Under the pieces are notes generated by a model that ran no database searches, was not told where the DNA came from, and was given only the letters and a program-made list of their open reading frames with translations. DNA of 64,000 bases from Felis catus (taxonomy: Eukaryota), in assembly GCF_018350175.1 (NCBI RefSeq), contig NC_058368.1:14572001-14636000 (forward strand), given 5' to 3'. This document shows positions 49,121 through 61,789 of this stretch, one piece after another (the stretch's first letter is position 1; each line of letters opens with the position of its first letter). The position numbers and the translations under genes were made by a program.

Positions 49121-52100
49121 CAGGTAACTGATACGTGCATGTGGCAGTCACACACCCATAGATCCGAGGAAGGCTATCTCCATTCAGAGAGGTGAAGTGA
49201 CTTGCCCAAGGTCACTCAGGAATTCGGTTCTCCAGGTGGCATCCCATAAAGAGTCCCTGGCACCAGTATCCCCGCTGCGTGGCCTCGAATTCGTCCCACA
49301 AGCATTGTCCTTGTTTTGTGCTCACCAATGAGCACAAGCGCAAAACTTTTGGCCTTTTCTAACGCTAAGCTCCCTCCGGGTGTCACATCAGCTCTTTTGA
49401 AACAAGAGATAAGCCCGCACGCTATTATTAGAAGCAAATGGTTTGAGAAAGGCCTTTTTCCCACCCTCAGCCTGTCATCCGAAAGGTGACGGAAAGCAAG
49501 GGTGAAACAGAAGATAAATGTCCCGGCTCCTTGACTTGGAAGTTGGTTTTCGTCCAAAGGTAGAAGAAGCCTTTGGAATGAGACAGCAGGTAGAATTACA
49601 CCTCATTTTCCTAACGATACGGGCACTATAATAACCTTGGAAAAGTAATCCTCAACATGATACCCACAGGAATATTTCTAATAAGTAATTTGAAATCATA
49701 TAACAGGCCGGCTGTGGTGCAGCGCAAGGGAACCGTGAGGAGATTAGATTTATTTTCTCGTGTTTTTCTAAATGAGGCCGCGAGGCAGGAAGAGGGGCAT
49801 CGCCCACTTAATACTAATACTCTGACATTGTGTGACTATGTTCTTAGGCCCGCGTCCAAACGGTCCTCAGGCTGAGAGAAACCAAAGCTGAAAGCTGAGA
49901 AGCACCAAGCTCTGAGGCTGAGCTCTTTCGGCCGCTTTCGGAAAATTGAATACGCGCAGGATGGCTAGTGCATCCTGTGATTTCTAAAGGCTGGGGACTC
50001 CGGGAATGCGCTGATGAAAGGAAACCCCAGAGGGAATCGGCGAAATCTAGCCTTTGAAAGAGAGACTCACACTGCAGAAATAAAACAAATGATTTTGCTT
50101 AGAGCAGTTAAAAGAAAGCAAATGCTACTTTAATTTTTGAGGTCCACAGAAACTCATTATGCAAGTTAGGGAAAGGGATATAAAAGACTTCCAGTTGAGA
50201 ATTTTAAACATAACAAAAAGTGGCATTAGTAAAATATGAGGTCATGGCATCTGGTTGAAGAAAGACTTAAATGAATAGTTTTCACTAACTGGAACGGGAA
50301 CCCTTCTAAGACATGACTCTTCAGTCGGATGCACTGTCCGAAGGCTAGCTTCCATTTGTCAGGCACTTTCTAGGTACCAGGCACTAAATTGGGTGTTTTA
50401 CAAGCATTGTCTTGGTTAAGTCTCATGAGGAAAGGGTTATGCTCCCCATTTTCCAAATAGGGACGTTGGGGTTCAGGGAGGTCTGGCCCCCAAGGGTGTA
50501 CCATTGGCAGTAGCCAGCGTCCAAAGCCCAGGACCGTGTCCTGCCAATACGCTGCCCTGCTTCCTAGAACGCGTCTCTCTCCCCCACCGAAACGAGAGGC
50601 TAATGTTGACCCCCATGCCTGACCCAGTCTCAGGGGAAATCCTGGGTCCTCCTCAAAAATCTAAGGTGACCGGCCACCTGGGAGCCCCATGCTAATGGTA
50701 GACTAATAAAGAGCCGGGCTCAGTAGGTTTACCACAACAAGTATTTCTAACGTGTCATCAGAATCAGATAAGAAGAAATGACGAGGCAGGCGGTCATTCT
50801 ACGTAAGGCCCAGAGCATGAACCCGAAAGGCCGGGGAAAAGATGTTCACACCAGACTGAACTCAGACTGAGAAAGCAACAGAGAAGAAGTCTATAATTAG
50901 GAGCAAGTTGTTCATTCAGGGAAAGCAAAAGGGAGCATTTTCTGACAAGCCTTGGTGCCAAGACCAATATTATCTTTTATTAAAAAAAATAATTGACGGT
51001 GATACAAGGCTTTTACGGATCCAAATTCACCATGACCAGAAGAAGAACAGGGGGTGGGGTGAGCAGACGAAGATAGCAACCAATTTCAGTAGCCTGGGGA
51101 AGGAGAGAAGAAGCAAATGAAATTCAATATTCCAGAAGTGAAAGCCCAGTGCTTGTAGAGAACAAAAGAAAACACGCCTAATGGAGTAGAATAATAAAGA
51201 GAACGCTTCGCATTCATAGAGTATTGGGTCCTTCAAAGATCTTTGCAAACAGTCAGGAGGGAATCCATTGCCATACACCTGTGAGGCATTATTATTTGCA
51301 GGGCGCTCTGTAGTGACCCTGGTAGAGCTGACAATGTAAGAAAGTAAGGACACAATGACTGCATTCCCAGCCTTGATGGGATTAGGCTCCAAAGCCACCT
51401 GGTAAGAGCACAACGCAGCAGTGGGGGGGACTCACAGCCTGGGTGCTCTCTCTGCCGGGGGGGTGGGGAATTTTCGGTGTGGTCTCGGGAAACATGAGGC
51501 CACTCTCCCTCTTCTGTCTCCACACTCTCTCTGTGCAGAATAGGTAAGGGTCGGCTGTGTATGGTTACCAGTCAGTCGGATATTTTTCATAGACGACCAG
51601 TTTTCAGAGAATGAGACTATGCTTAACGCAATGATCTATAGACGTTTTGATCATCAGCTTATGTGATTGTAAAGGATGTAACTTCTGGCATATTGTAACA
51701 GTTGACAATTCAAGATATAATCCATTAACTCTTTTAAATGTGTCCCGTTGGATAGTTTAATACCCTCCCAACATGTATTTAAAAACAGAAGTACAAACGC
51801 TTGTATTTCCCTTCTAGTTCCTTTTAAGACCCATCAGATTGCATTAGATCTTTGTGCCTGCCTTTTACCATTACTCTTCAATGGGATTCTGTGATAAATG
51901 TGTGTGTGTGTGTGTATTTGTATATTTTTAAATTTATAGGCTTAAAAGTTTTTTCTGGATTGAGATATTATTATAATTATTTAATAAGCAATTGACTACA
52001 ACCATATAAATATTTCACAAATTTTAAAAAATAAGCATAAGCATAAAACTAGAATTTTTTACTGGACATATGTCTTAATGAGATGAAAGGCAGTTTTTGG

Positions 52101-52229
52101 CATTTTGACTTGTTCCTGTCTTTAGTGCCCTGCAGGTTTCTAAACCTGGGACAATACACAACCAAGGACGTTTCTGTTGTGGTGGTTTGTTTTTGGTTTT
52201 GTGTTTCTTATAAAAATAGAAGAAGGAGT

Positions 52230-52446
52230 GGGGCGCCTGGGTGGCTCAGTCGGTTAAGTGGCTGACTTCGACTCAGGTCATGATCTCTCGGTCCGTGAGT
52301 TCGAGCCCCGCGTCAGGCTCTGTGCTGACAGCTCAGAGCCTGGAGTCTGTTTCAGATTCTGTGTCTCCCTCTCTCTGACCCTCCCCCATTCATGCTTTGT
52401 CTCTCTCTGTCTCAAAAATAAATAAACGTTAAAAAAAAATTTTTTT
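52230..52446 (+). mobile_element. CanSINE (SINEC_Fc-type)
   Basis: Full body. TSD aaatagaagaaggagt / aaatagaaggagt (one AGA unit slipped). Confidence 0.95.
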
Positions 52447-53384
52447 AAATAGAAGGAGTATTGTGGCAGGTGAAATGACAAAGGGGGAAAACACGGGCTT
52501 GCTCTCAATCAGTTTTTAGCAGAGAGAATTCATGGAAGTTGAGGAGTCAGAGATTGATTTCCTTGAAAGTATCCGCATGCAGGGACCAGATGGAAAGACT
52601 TGGTTACAGGGGTTGCAGGGAGATGCGTCGCATTCCTCAGTTTGAAGATGACTGTGCCAAACTGCACTGCGAGGACCCACATGTCCTCCTTCTCTGGGGA
52701 GTCAGAGGCCCGAATCTTACAGCTCAGGGTGAAAGTGGAAACGTTAGCCAAGCTCACTTGACTGCTTGCTGACTGTGTGGCATCTGCAAATAATAAACCT
52801 AGGTCCGTGACCCTCAGCTGCCTCTTCTTCAACGTGGGTTGCTAAAGCTGCTTCACCGACAAGGCTACCGAAAGGATTAAGTGACTCTTAAGTGTATAAG
52901 AGTGGATATGAGTTACCTTTCCTACTACAGAAATATTAATTTTTGGAATTTAGCTACATGGACATGTATTATTTTCTCCATAACGCTTAGGGACAAAGCA
53001 CTGCCCACCAGTCCTCTGCTACTAGGACTGAGTCAGTATGACTCGGAAAGAGAATAGTCACTTTGTGTGTCCACATCCTTCTGTCTTCACTGCATTTGAC
53101 AGGGAGCCAGCTCTGCCCTCAGCTCCTTCTCTCTGGGGTTCACCTTCTCCTCCCTCTTCCTTCTTGTTCTTATAAACACTACTCATGCTGTGGAGGGTGG
53201 AGCATGTCGGGTATACTGAGGCCCGGGATGGTCAAACTTGAGGCGCCATCTTGGCAATCTAACAGTTTGGGCCTCCCATCCAGCTGGAAAGGCATCAGGG
53301 GCCCTGCCGGCCCTGTCTCCCCTTGAAAGGTCGGAGGAACCCTTCCTGGCTGAGAGGAAGCTTAAGTTTGGCAACCCGGAGAGT

Positions 53385-53622
53385 GTAATTTAAGACCCTG
53401 GGCTGTGGAGTCAAACAGATGCAGGTTCAGATCCCAGGTTGAGTTACTGACTAGCTGGGTAACCTGAGTAGATCATTTAACCCTTTGAAGGCCAAGGTGA
53501 CTGTCCCTAAAATGTGGTTGATAGTGCCTGCCACTTACTTCATAGGGTGGTTTGGAGAATGTAATGAAATGAAGCATGTAAAAACACTAACACAGTGCCT
53601 GGCCTAAGTATGTATTCAGCAA
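53385..53622 (+). mobile_element. MIR SINE
   Basis: ggctgtggagtcaaacaga..ggttcagatccc..ttactgactagctgggtaacctgag..catagggtggtttggagaat..cacagtgcctggc. Confidence 0.8.
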
Positions 53623-53724
53623 GTACTGGAGGTTCTAGCCAGGAAAACTAGGGAAGTAAACGAAATAAAGACATCCCAGAATGGAAAGGAAGGAGCAAAA
53701 TGATCTATATTTGCAGATGACATA
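53623..53724 (+). mobile_element. Isolated ~100-bp L1 ORF2 RT fragment
   Basis: Translates to VLEVLARKTREVNEIKTSQNGKEGAK*SIFADDI, matching the L1 RT block [33 protein letters not shown]. Confidence 0.8.
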
Positions 53725-54393
53725 ACTACCTCACCCTATTCCCCTGATTTATCCCAGCTAACCTCACATTTGAGGTAGTACTTCTTTCAGGTAAATTCTA
53801 GAGGGAAATTGTGAAAACAATGCTAAAACACAAGAACTACCTGTCCTTCTCTTTCCTTAAAATTTTCGTGTAACTCGTAAGCAAATCAAGTGGGCAATCA
53901 CTCTGTCGTCAATTTTTACTGGCTGAGATAAAAGCAGGCCCTGCAGAGGTTATGAAGCCGATGGCATACCTTAGTCTGCTCCCAGGCACCCATCCCGCCA
54001 GCAGGAGACAGGGAGGACATCTGGATTAGTGACTGCCATCTTGCTTGGGTTTGGTGCTAGGGCTGTTAATGGGGAATGGACCCTGTAGCGAGGTGAAGAC
54101 CCCTACTGAGGGGGTGTCGCCTGAGGCTTCCTGAAGTGGGGTTTGGAAGCTCAAGGCAGCTGGTGCTGAGAAAGTGTCCCATAGGCCCAGTCAGGTGCAC
54201 CACATACCCCACAGGGACGTCATCCCTGGCTGCTCCCCACTCCCCTGACCCAGGGGAAGGTGCTAGAATGTGAGGCCCCTGAGGGTAGGGACTTTGTTCA
54301 TCAGTGTATCCCCAGCGCCTAGAATGGCACTGTCCAAAAGAAATATAATTTGGGTCACATGTGGGATTTAAAATTTATTCTAGTAGCTGTATT

Positions 54394-54612
54394 TATTTAT
54401 TTATTTATTTATTTTTAAAGTTTATTGATTTATTTTGAAAGAGTGAGTGCGAGCAGGGAAGGGCAGAGAGAGAAGGAGTGAGAAAATCCCAAGCAGGCTC
54501 TGTGCTCTCAGCACGGAGCCCAAAGTGGGGCTTGATCTCACAACTGTGAGATCATGACCTGAGCCAAAGTCAGGAGTCAGACGCTTTACTGACTAAACCA
54601 CCCAGGCGCCCC
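54394..54612 (-). mobile_element. CanSINE
   Basis: Reverse body with (TTTA)n tail. Diverged TSD agtagctgtatt / agtagctacatt. Confidence 0.93.
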
Positions 54613-54773
54613 TTCAGTAGCTACATTAAAAAAGTGAGGAGAAACAAGTGAAATTAATTTTAATTTATATAGACAAATACATCCATACTTTTATCATTCA
54701 ACTCAATGTATCTAAAATACTATTTCAACATGTAATCAATATAAAATTATTAATGAGACATTTTAGTTTACTT

Positions 54774-54973
54774 TTATTTTTGATGTTTATTTATTTTGAG
54801 AGAGAAAAAAAGAGAGAGACAGAGCATGCACGGGAAGGGGCAGAGAGAGAGGGAGACAGGGAATCCCAAGCAGGCTCCAAGCCGTCAGCACAGAGCCTGA
54901 CATGGGGCTCGAATCTTGACCCGTGAGATCACGACCTGAGCCGAAATCAAGAGGGGCGCCACCCAGCCACCTC
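54774..54973 (-). mobile_element. CanSINE with a deletion near its 5' end
   Basis: Reverse body; the ttaaccgactga segment is missing. Short TSD tttactt. Confidence 0.88.
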
Positions 54974-55167
54974 TTTACTTCCCTTTTTGTGCAGAGTCTT
55001 TGAAATCCACTATTTTACACTTAGAGTATATCTCGGTTCACACCAGCCACATTTCAAGTGCTCAATAGGCACATGGGGCTAGTGGCTATGGTATTGTAGC
55101 CATCACAGACCTGGAGCAATTGTTGGCCCGTGGCAAGCACCCTGCACATGGTTAAAGACTACAATTA

Positions 55168-55402
55168 GGGGCGCCTGGGTGGCTCAGTCGGTTAAGTGTC
55201 TGACTCTCGATCTAGGCTCAGGCCATCATCTCGAGGTTCATGAGATCGAGCCCCACTTCGGGCACTGTGCTAATGGCGTGGAGCCTGCTTGGGAGTCTCT
55301 CTCTCTCTCTCTCTGCCCCTCTCCCGCTCACGTGCACACACATGCTCTGTCTCTCTCTCTCTTTCAAAATAAATAAATACACTTTAAAAAATATTTAAAA
55401 AC
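55168..55402 (+). mobile_element. CanSINE
   Basis: Perfect TSD aagactacaatta at 55155-55167 and 55403-55415. Confidence 0.95.
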
Positions 55403-55424
55403 AAGACTACAATTAAATCAGGGT

Positions 55425-55874
55425 CTCTAGGTTTCCTAGGGCTGTGGGAACTTGGAGGCTTACAACAGCAGAGATGTATTCTCTCAGCGTTCTGGAGGCT
55501 GGAAGTCCAAGATTAAGGTATCAGCGGGGTTGGCTCCCCTGGGACGCTTACAGGAATAATCCCTTCTCTGCCTTCCTCCCAGCTTCTGGTGGCAATTCTG
55601 GACATTTTCTGGCTTGTAGACACATCACTCCAATCTCTGCTTCTGTCTTCACGTGGACTTATTTCCCATGTTTTTCTGTGTCTTCTTCTTTGTCTCTTAT
55701 AAGAACATTCTTATTAGATTTGGGGTCTACCCTAATCCAGGATGATCTCATCTTGATCCTTGCCTTAATTATACCTGCAAGGACCCTTTTTTTCTGAATA
55801 AGGTCACATTCTGAGTTTCCACAGAGACATAAATTCTGAGGGGTGGGGTGGGGGGAATTATTCAATTCACTATA
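55425..55874 (-). mobile_element. MaLR solo LTR (MLT1C-like)
   Basis: gttctggaggctggaagtccaagattaaggtatcagc; cactccaatctctgcttctgtcttcacgtgg; ccctaatccaggatgatctcatcttgatcc. Confidence 0.88.
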
Positions 55875-55889
55875 GGAACCTAGGCATTT

Positions 55890-56177
55890 ATTTAAAACTT
55901 TAAATTAATTTATTTAAAATTAACATTTTTACATTAAAAATTAATTTAAGTTAAAAGTATTTAAAAAAACTTTTTTAATGTTTATTTATTTTTGAAGAAG
56001 AGAGACACAGAGTGTGAGCGGGGGAGGGGCAGAGAGAGAGGGAGACACAGAATCTGAAACGGGCTCCAGGCTCTGAGCTGTAAGCACGGAGCCTGACATA
56101 GGGCTCGAACTCACCAACCGTGAGATCATGACCTGAGCTGGTCAGTGGCTTAACTGAAAGAGCCATCCAGGCACCCC
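55890..56177 (-). mobile_element. CanSINE with unusually long AT-rich tail
   Basis: Reverse body at ~55975-56177, preceded by about 85 bp of near-pure A/T. Confidence 0.9.
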
Positions 56178-56229
56178 TATATTTTTAATAGCTCCTGGCT
56201 GATTATGCAGTAGGCTAAGGAAAGCATCA

Positions 56230-56390
56230 CATTACCTTATTGAATTCTCAAGAGCCTTACAAGGTGGAATTACTACCTCACTTTTACCAAAGAGGGGCCT
56301 GAAGTTGGGGATTAAAGTAATTTGCCCAAGTTCTTGCAGCTGGCAAGTAGCAGCGCTTGGACTTGAACTCAGGTCTATGTGACTAGAACA
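56230..56390 (-). mobile_element. MIR remnant
   Basis: aattctcaagagccttacaaggtgg..attaaagtaatttgcccaagtt..gacttgaactcaggtct. Confidence 0.65.
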
Positions 56391-57542
56391 TCCATACTCC
56401 TATGACTTGTATTCAATTTATCTCATGTCTTCTGGGTATGTGGATTCCTATTAACTGCCCCACTTAGAAGCCCTTTGTAAAAATATCTCCTCAATTTCTA
56501 GTCTTCCGGTCAGTGGCTGCACCTCATTGTGCACATTTCATATTTTGTCAGGTCGATTGATTCTGTATAAGAAGCATTTTTACCATTGTGTAAAGATGTT
56601 ACCATTGTTGTAACGGGCTAAGAAAAGGACTTGCTATGTTTCTAACATTGAGGAGATTATGGGGAAAGGAGAGACTGAATTCAGTCATGCCTTTGGCATT
56701 CCACCGTCTGAAAATCATCCTCAGATCTGGGAGTAATATTCAGAGTTTAAGTCCAGACGTGGAAACAGCTCCTGGGACAGGGTTGTGAGGAAATGCTTGC
56801 GACATGGATCCAGTGTCCTGAGGCAGGAGCTCAAGATTACCCCACTGGAGGGAGCATTTGTTGATCCTTCCCTCCAAATGTGTGCTTCGTGTGTAATAGA
56901 CAGAGACTCACAGGACAACTGGGAAGGCGAGTCCAGATAATTCTACCTGTGGGAGGATGACCTGGCAAAAAGCATTCAGCTGGGAGATGGGGCTATTCTG
57001 GGTCTTTTTTCACATACATGTGAGAGTAAACATAGCTCTCTTCATCATTTCCTGATATTTATTCCCAGAACTTGACTTCCCGAACAAGCAGAGCAACCCG
57101 CGCGACGGCACTGGGCATGGCCACCACAACGGCAAGGGCTAGAGGGGCAGGGCTAAGGCCAGGTCAGAATTGTCTTTTGGTGAGCCAGAAGCCTGCTGCC
57201 AGCTATCAGCCTAATGGCCGAGTGCAGTGGCGTATCACTGTCCATCGTCCCTTCTCTCCCCCAACCCAGAGGAGTGCTGACCTGGGGCACTCCCAGAGGA
57301 GTGGGGCCCCGGGTGTCACTGACCTGGAGGAACAGAAGTCTCCTGACTCGTATCAGCAGCCACACTCGGCAGGATGAGGAGGATCTGTCTCACTATGACA
57401 TTTCCAGGCCCAGGCGTGGTGTCTACACTTTGACATTTGTCTTCAAATTTGGTGGATGGGGCCTTGAAAGTCTATGGATTCTGTGCCTCTGCCATATCAG
57501 GACAGAAGGCCATGGACCCATCTAACGCATGTGTGCTGTGGT

Positions 57543-57543
57543 A

Positions 57544-57574
<31 letters not shown>

Positions 57575-57591
57575 CAAAACAAACAAAAAAC
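57543..57591. repeat. (AAAAC)n microsatellite
   Basis: Directly visible. Confidence 0.95.
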
Positions 57592-57744
57592 AACACTAAA
57601 GCGAAAGCAAAGAAAATCACCCTAAAACCCAAATGCAAACAAAACCCAGTGTGTTGTGCTACTCCCTGAGTAAACTGTAACTGCATGACTGTGGCTACAC
57701 TGGAAAATATTCATTTTGTGGTTTAAAATGTGGATTCTTGTTTG

Positions 57745-57988
57745 TTTTTTATATTATTTTATTTTATTTTATTTTATTTTATTTATTAAGTAAGTTGGTT
57801 TAGTTATTTATTTTGGCAGAGACAGAGAGAGTTCGAGCAGGGGAGGGGCAGAGAGAGAGCAAGAATCTGAAGCAGTCTGCTGTCAGCACAGAGCCTGACG
57901 TTGTGGTTGAACCCACAAACTGTGAGATCATGACCTAAGCCGAAGTCAGGAGTCAGAAGCTTAACTAACTGAGCCACCCAGGAGCCCC
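57745..57988 (-). mobile_element. CanSINE with (TTTTA)n tail
   Basis: Reverse body ending gagccacccaggagcccc. Confidence 0.92.
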
Positions 57989-58029
57989 TTATTTGCTCCT
58001 ATCCTGAGCATCTATTCTGAGCCACATGA

Positions 58030-58434
58030 GTGCTACATGCTCTGTGTCCCCCACCCCCTGATTCATATGTTGGAACCCTAACCCCCAATATGGCTGCATT
58101 TGGAGAAGGGCCTCTAAGGGAGTGATTAGATGACATCAGGTCATAGGATGGGGCCCTGATCAAATAGGATTCGTGTCCTTGTGAGAGGAGACACGGGCAG
58201 CGAGTGCCCTCTCCCCCATCCCCGCTCCATGAGCACACACTGAGGAAAGGCCACCCCGCAGAAGAGCTCTCACCAGACATCAACTTGCTAGCAACTTGAT
58301 CTTGGACATTCTAGAAAGTCCAAGTATAAAATTCTCTAAAAAATAAATCTACTTATTTTTATTTTGAGAGAAATAAGTTTCTGTTGTTAAACAACCCAGT
58401 CTGTGCTAAGGCTATAGCAGCCTGAGCAGATGAC
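58030..58434 (+). mobile_element. MaLR solo LTR (MLT1A-like)
   Basis: attcatatgttggaaccctaacccccaatatggctgcatttggaga; ggggccctgatcaaataggatt; gctatagcagcctgagcaga. Confidence 0.85.
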
Positions 58435-59430
58435 TCCAATCTGAGAAACGCCAACAGGCAGGAGGCTGGGCGCTGAGCGGCTGGAGACTATTGCCTAGTC
58501 CTGTATCCCTGATCTGACTTGGCCTCAGCTTCCTTATGGGTGAGAGCACTTGCAGGGTTGCTGATTATAACCCCCGACCAACTGAGATGCTTGCAAGTGG
58601 GAATGTTCTGGACGAGGCTTTGTGGCCCAGGGGTTGCACTCAGCAACCTAAATTCCTCTTACTTCTGCTCCCTGGGGAGAGAGATGTGGATTTTGATTTT
58701 CCAGGTGAGTTCTGCTAACATGGGCAGAGGGACTATGCTCTCCAGGCTGCATGATTTTATTTCCCTCTAGACTCCCATGTAAATTAGGGGCATAAAATAT
58801 TCTCTCAGGTCCTTTCCAGATCAAAAACCACTTTCTCTCTGCTAGTATTTCTTCTTAGTCATCTTTGTAAGAGACATCATCTTTTAAGGGGGGAAAAAAA
58901 AAGTCCCCACACCAAAAAAAAAAAAAAAAAAAAACAAAACCAACCACATGAGAGCAGAGTTTTTCTGAAATACTGAGGAAGTCCGGTCTATAGAGGTGTG
59001 TGGGTGTGAATTGACCTGAAAACGTGAACATGGCTGTGCTGGGTATTAAGAATACAAAGACAAATAAGATGGTCCCTACTTTCAGGGGTTTAGAATACAC
59101 TAGAAAACATTCAAATAATTAGCATTCCTTTTTTATGTTAAGCTTTAAAAAAAAAGAATGAAGTACAGTAATGTTTTGTTCTACCTTTCCCTACCTCATT
59201 TATAAGGCCTGCCTCAATGGTAAGCCTCTGGAAGTAATAGCAACAAATGAACAAACACCCAGTGTGTTTTAACAGACCTGAGCAAGTATCTGGCTCACAT
59301 TCTGAGTGCAGGCATTATATACCTGTATTAAGTCAACACACGTTAGTATACAAACTTATCTAATGCACATAGCTAGGGCTCATGAGAGCCCAACGTTATT
59401 ATAGCTACTAACCCCAAAAGCTACTTGCCA

Positions 59431-59550
59431 TTTTGGAACTAGATAGGGGTGGTGGTTGGATAACACTGTGAATGTACTAAATGCCACCGAATTGAACACT
59501 GTAAAGTGGTTAAGTTTGTGTTATGTGAATGTCACTTCAATTTAAAAAAA
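59431..59550 (+). mobile_element. Truncated L1MB-like 3' terminus
   Basis: ttggaactagataggggtggtggttggataacactgtgaatgtactaaatgccaccgaattg plus A tail. Degenerate TSD aaaagctacttgcc / aaaagcaacaatgcc. Confidence 0.82.
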
Positions 59551-60739
59551 GCAACAATGCCTAATTGCCGCTTGAGTCCTCTGCTGGGCTAAGAAGACTT
59601 AAATACCTGAGATTCAAGGCTGAGCATTACTACCAGAAAGGAAGAAGGAAATCACAAGGTCAAGGCCTGAAGGTAGCCCTGTTATCAGTGCCGGGCCTCA
59701 TGTCCAGTAAGAACGGAAGCAGGGGCAGGCTACATCCACACCAGTCTGCAAACATCGAGAAAGCACAGTAGAGAGGTTAGAACCCTAGGTCCCAGAGGAC
59801 CATCAGACAGAGCCCGTCCTTATCCGGTCTGGGCTGCACCTGACCACGCAGCTCACCAGGTGTCCTATGTGGCACAGGGAAATTTGTAACTGTCTTGATC
59901 ATCGCTATCTGCCTCTCTCAGAGTGACTCCTTAATGTTTACCACGCAGTAGCACATTTCTCTGGTTTCATCACTCTTTTTGCCCAGCCTATAGCATTTCC
60001 TAGGTCTGAAATGGCTGGCGATATCAACGTAAGGTCACTCTTATCATATTGTTGTTACCATTTGCCCTTTGAAGGCCTTCTGAAAATGCCTTTACTTTAA
60101 GGCGCAATGCTTTATTTTCATACCTATCACCCACCTCCTTCTTCCTCTTGGATGCCTCCCACCTGGGGGATTAGGCCCTGGCAATTTAATCACCCAGCCT
60201 CCTTGACCTAGTGTTTATGGCCTGGGTAACATAATTTCCTTTCATGGCACCACGTGTATTTTCTGGCCAACTTGTTTTGTTTCTTCTCTTCTATACAATT
60301 GTGGGAAGGCAATGGAACTAAGATGGCTTTAAGCTGTTGTTTCTTTTCTTTGAGGGAATGTTTGGGCTTTCTTTTTAGCTCCCTGAACTGCTCATTTCTT
60401 TCTGGTTCAACAACATTTACTTGTCTGAGCTCACAAAACGAGCCTTTTCTCCTGTCTTGATCTTCTCCTTATTATTCACACTCTGATGTTTTGCATGTTG
60501 ATGTGTCGCCCCTCCACCCCACGCCTCCCCCCCCCCGGAAGTGAAGGGGCTCTTGTTGGGGTTTCGTGTGTTTGTTTCTTTAATCTTTGCTCTTGACAGC
60601 CACTGTGCCCTAAGGGTGTTCTGTGACTCTCAGTGGATCCACGTGCATTTAGGTTTGTGGCTGCCCTTTCAGGACATAAACCATTGGATCTGCGATTCAT
60701 AACCTGATGTCACTTGCTGGCCTTTTGAATCTGGGCTCA

Positions 60740-60966
60740 TTTCTTTTTTTTTTTTTTTTTTAACCTTTATTTATTTTTGACAGAGAGAGAGAGAGACAGA
60801 GCATGAGCAGGGGAGGGTCAGAGAGAGGGAGACACAGAATCTGAAACAGGCTCCAGGCTCTGAGCTGTCAGCACAGAGCCAGACACAGGGCTTGAACCCA
60901 CAAACCATGAGATCGTGACCTGAGCCGAAGTTGGATGCTTAACCGACTGAGCCACCCAGGCACTCC
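60740..60966 (-). mobile_element. CanSINE
   Basis: Poly-T and a full reverse body. Confidence 0.95.
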
Positions 60967-61137
60967 TCTAGGCTCCAGTTGTGAGACTTCAGTAAGGTTA
61001 TGCCTGTGAAGTCATAGAACATACCTCTGGGAGATAGTAGGTTTTTGATAAATGTTTGTTGGATTTAGAGTAAAATTATTTTCATCTCATGAAATATGTT
61101 CTCTGAGCTGAATCTCTGAATTTAAAAAATGCACACA

Positions 61138-61348
61138 GGGGCACCTGGGTGGCTCAGTTCGTTAAGCGTCTGACTCTTGGTTTCGGCTCAGGTCATGACC
61201 TCACAGCTTTGTGAGTTCGAGCCCCACATCGGGCTCCGTGCTGACAGTGCAGAACCTGCTTGGGATTCTCTTTCTCCCTCTCTCTTTTCCCATCCCCCCA
61301 CTTGAGCTGTCTCTGTCTCTTTCAACATAAATGAATAAACTTAAAAAA
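61138..61348 (+). mobile_element. CanSINE
   Basis: Full body with a very short A tail, flanked by ttaaaaaatgcac copies. Confidence 0.93.
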
Positions 61349-61384
61349 TGCACTTAAACATGCACTTAAAACCAAATAAGAAAA

Positions 61385-61760
61385 GTCATTTATTATGGTG
61401 GGAACATAAATTGGTACTTTTTTGGAGAAAAATTTTACCACAATGTATCAAACATATTAAAAATATGCAAACTCACTACAACAGCAGTTCCAATTTGAAA
61501 AATTTATACTAGGAAAATGGTGGATCTGCACAAGGATTTTGCTGTGAGGATATTCACGAACACTTGCTTGTATTCACAAAATATCGGAAACACCTAAGTG
61601 TTTATCAGTAGGTGATAGTTTAAAAAATCATGATCCATCCATAAAAGGAATAATATACAACTATTTTAAAAGGTGTTGTAAAAGAATACTGAATGACAAG
61701 CATGATATGCATGACATTTTAATTGAGAGAAGAAGGTTAAAATGTACTTGGATATTTAAT
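61385..61760 (+). mobile_element. Ancient L1 (L1ME-like) 3' fragment
   Basis: ggtgggaacataaattggtac; cagcagttccaatttgaaaaatttatactagg; ggaaacacctaagtgtttatcagtagg. Confidence 0.6.
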
Positions 61761-61789
61761 AGACAAAAATTAATCTTGGCTATTTAAAA

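Larger units (their letters stand above)
54325..55105. mobile_element. MER33-like hAT-Charlie element split by two CanSINEs
   Basis: cactgtccaaaagaaatataat ... aatactatttcaacatgtaatcaatataaaattattaatgag ... cagccacatttcaagtgctcaataggcacatggggctagtggcta. Confidence 0.85.

Noticed and set aside
51520..52150. AT-rich stretch possibly containing old hAT DNA-transposon remnants
   Set aside because: I could not define termini or family from the sequence alone.
53725..53780. actacctca...tgaggtagta inverted repeat matching the let-7 5' end
   Set aside because: Only 9-10 nt match, the rest of let-7 is absent, the match lies on the 3' arm and the stem is too short for a pre-miRNA.
57072..57525. GC-rich ORFs of about 100 aa as possible coding exons
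   Set aside because: No recognisable protein similarity, non-ATG or weak starts, and no convincing splice-site pair.
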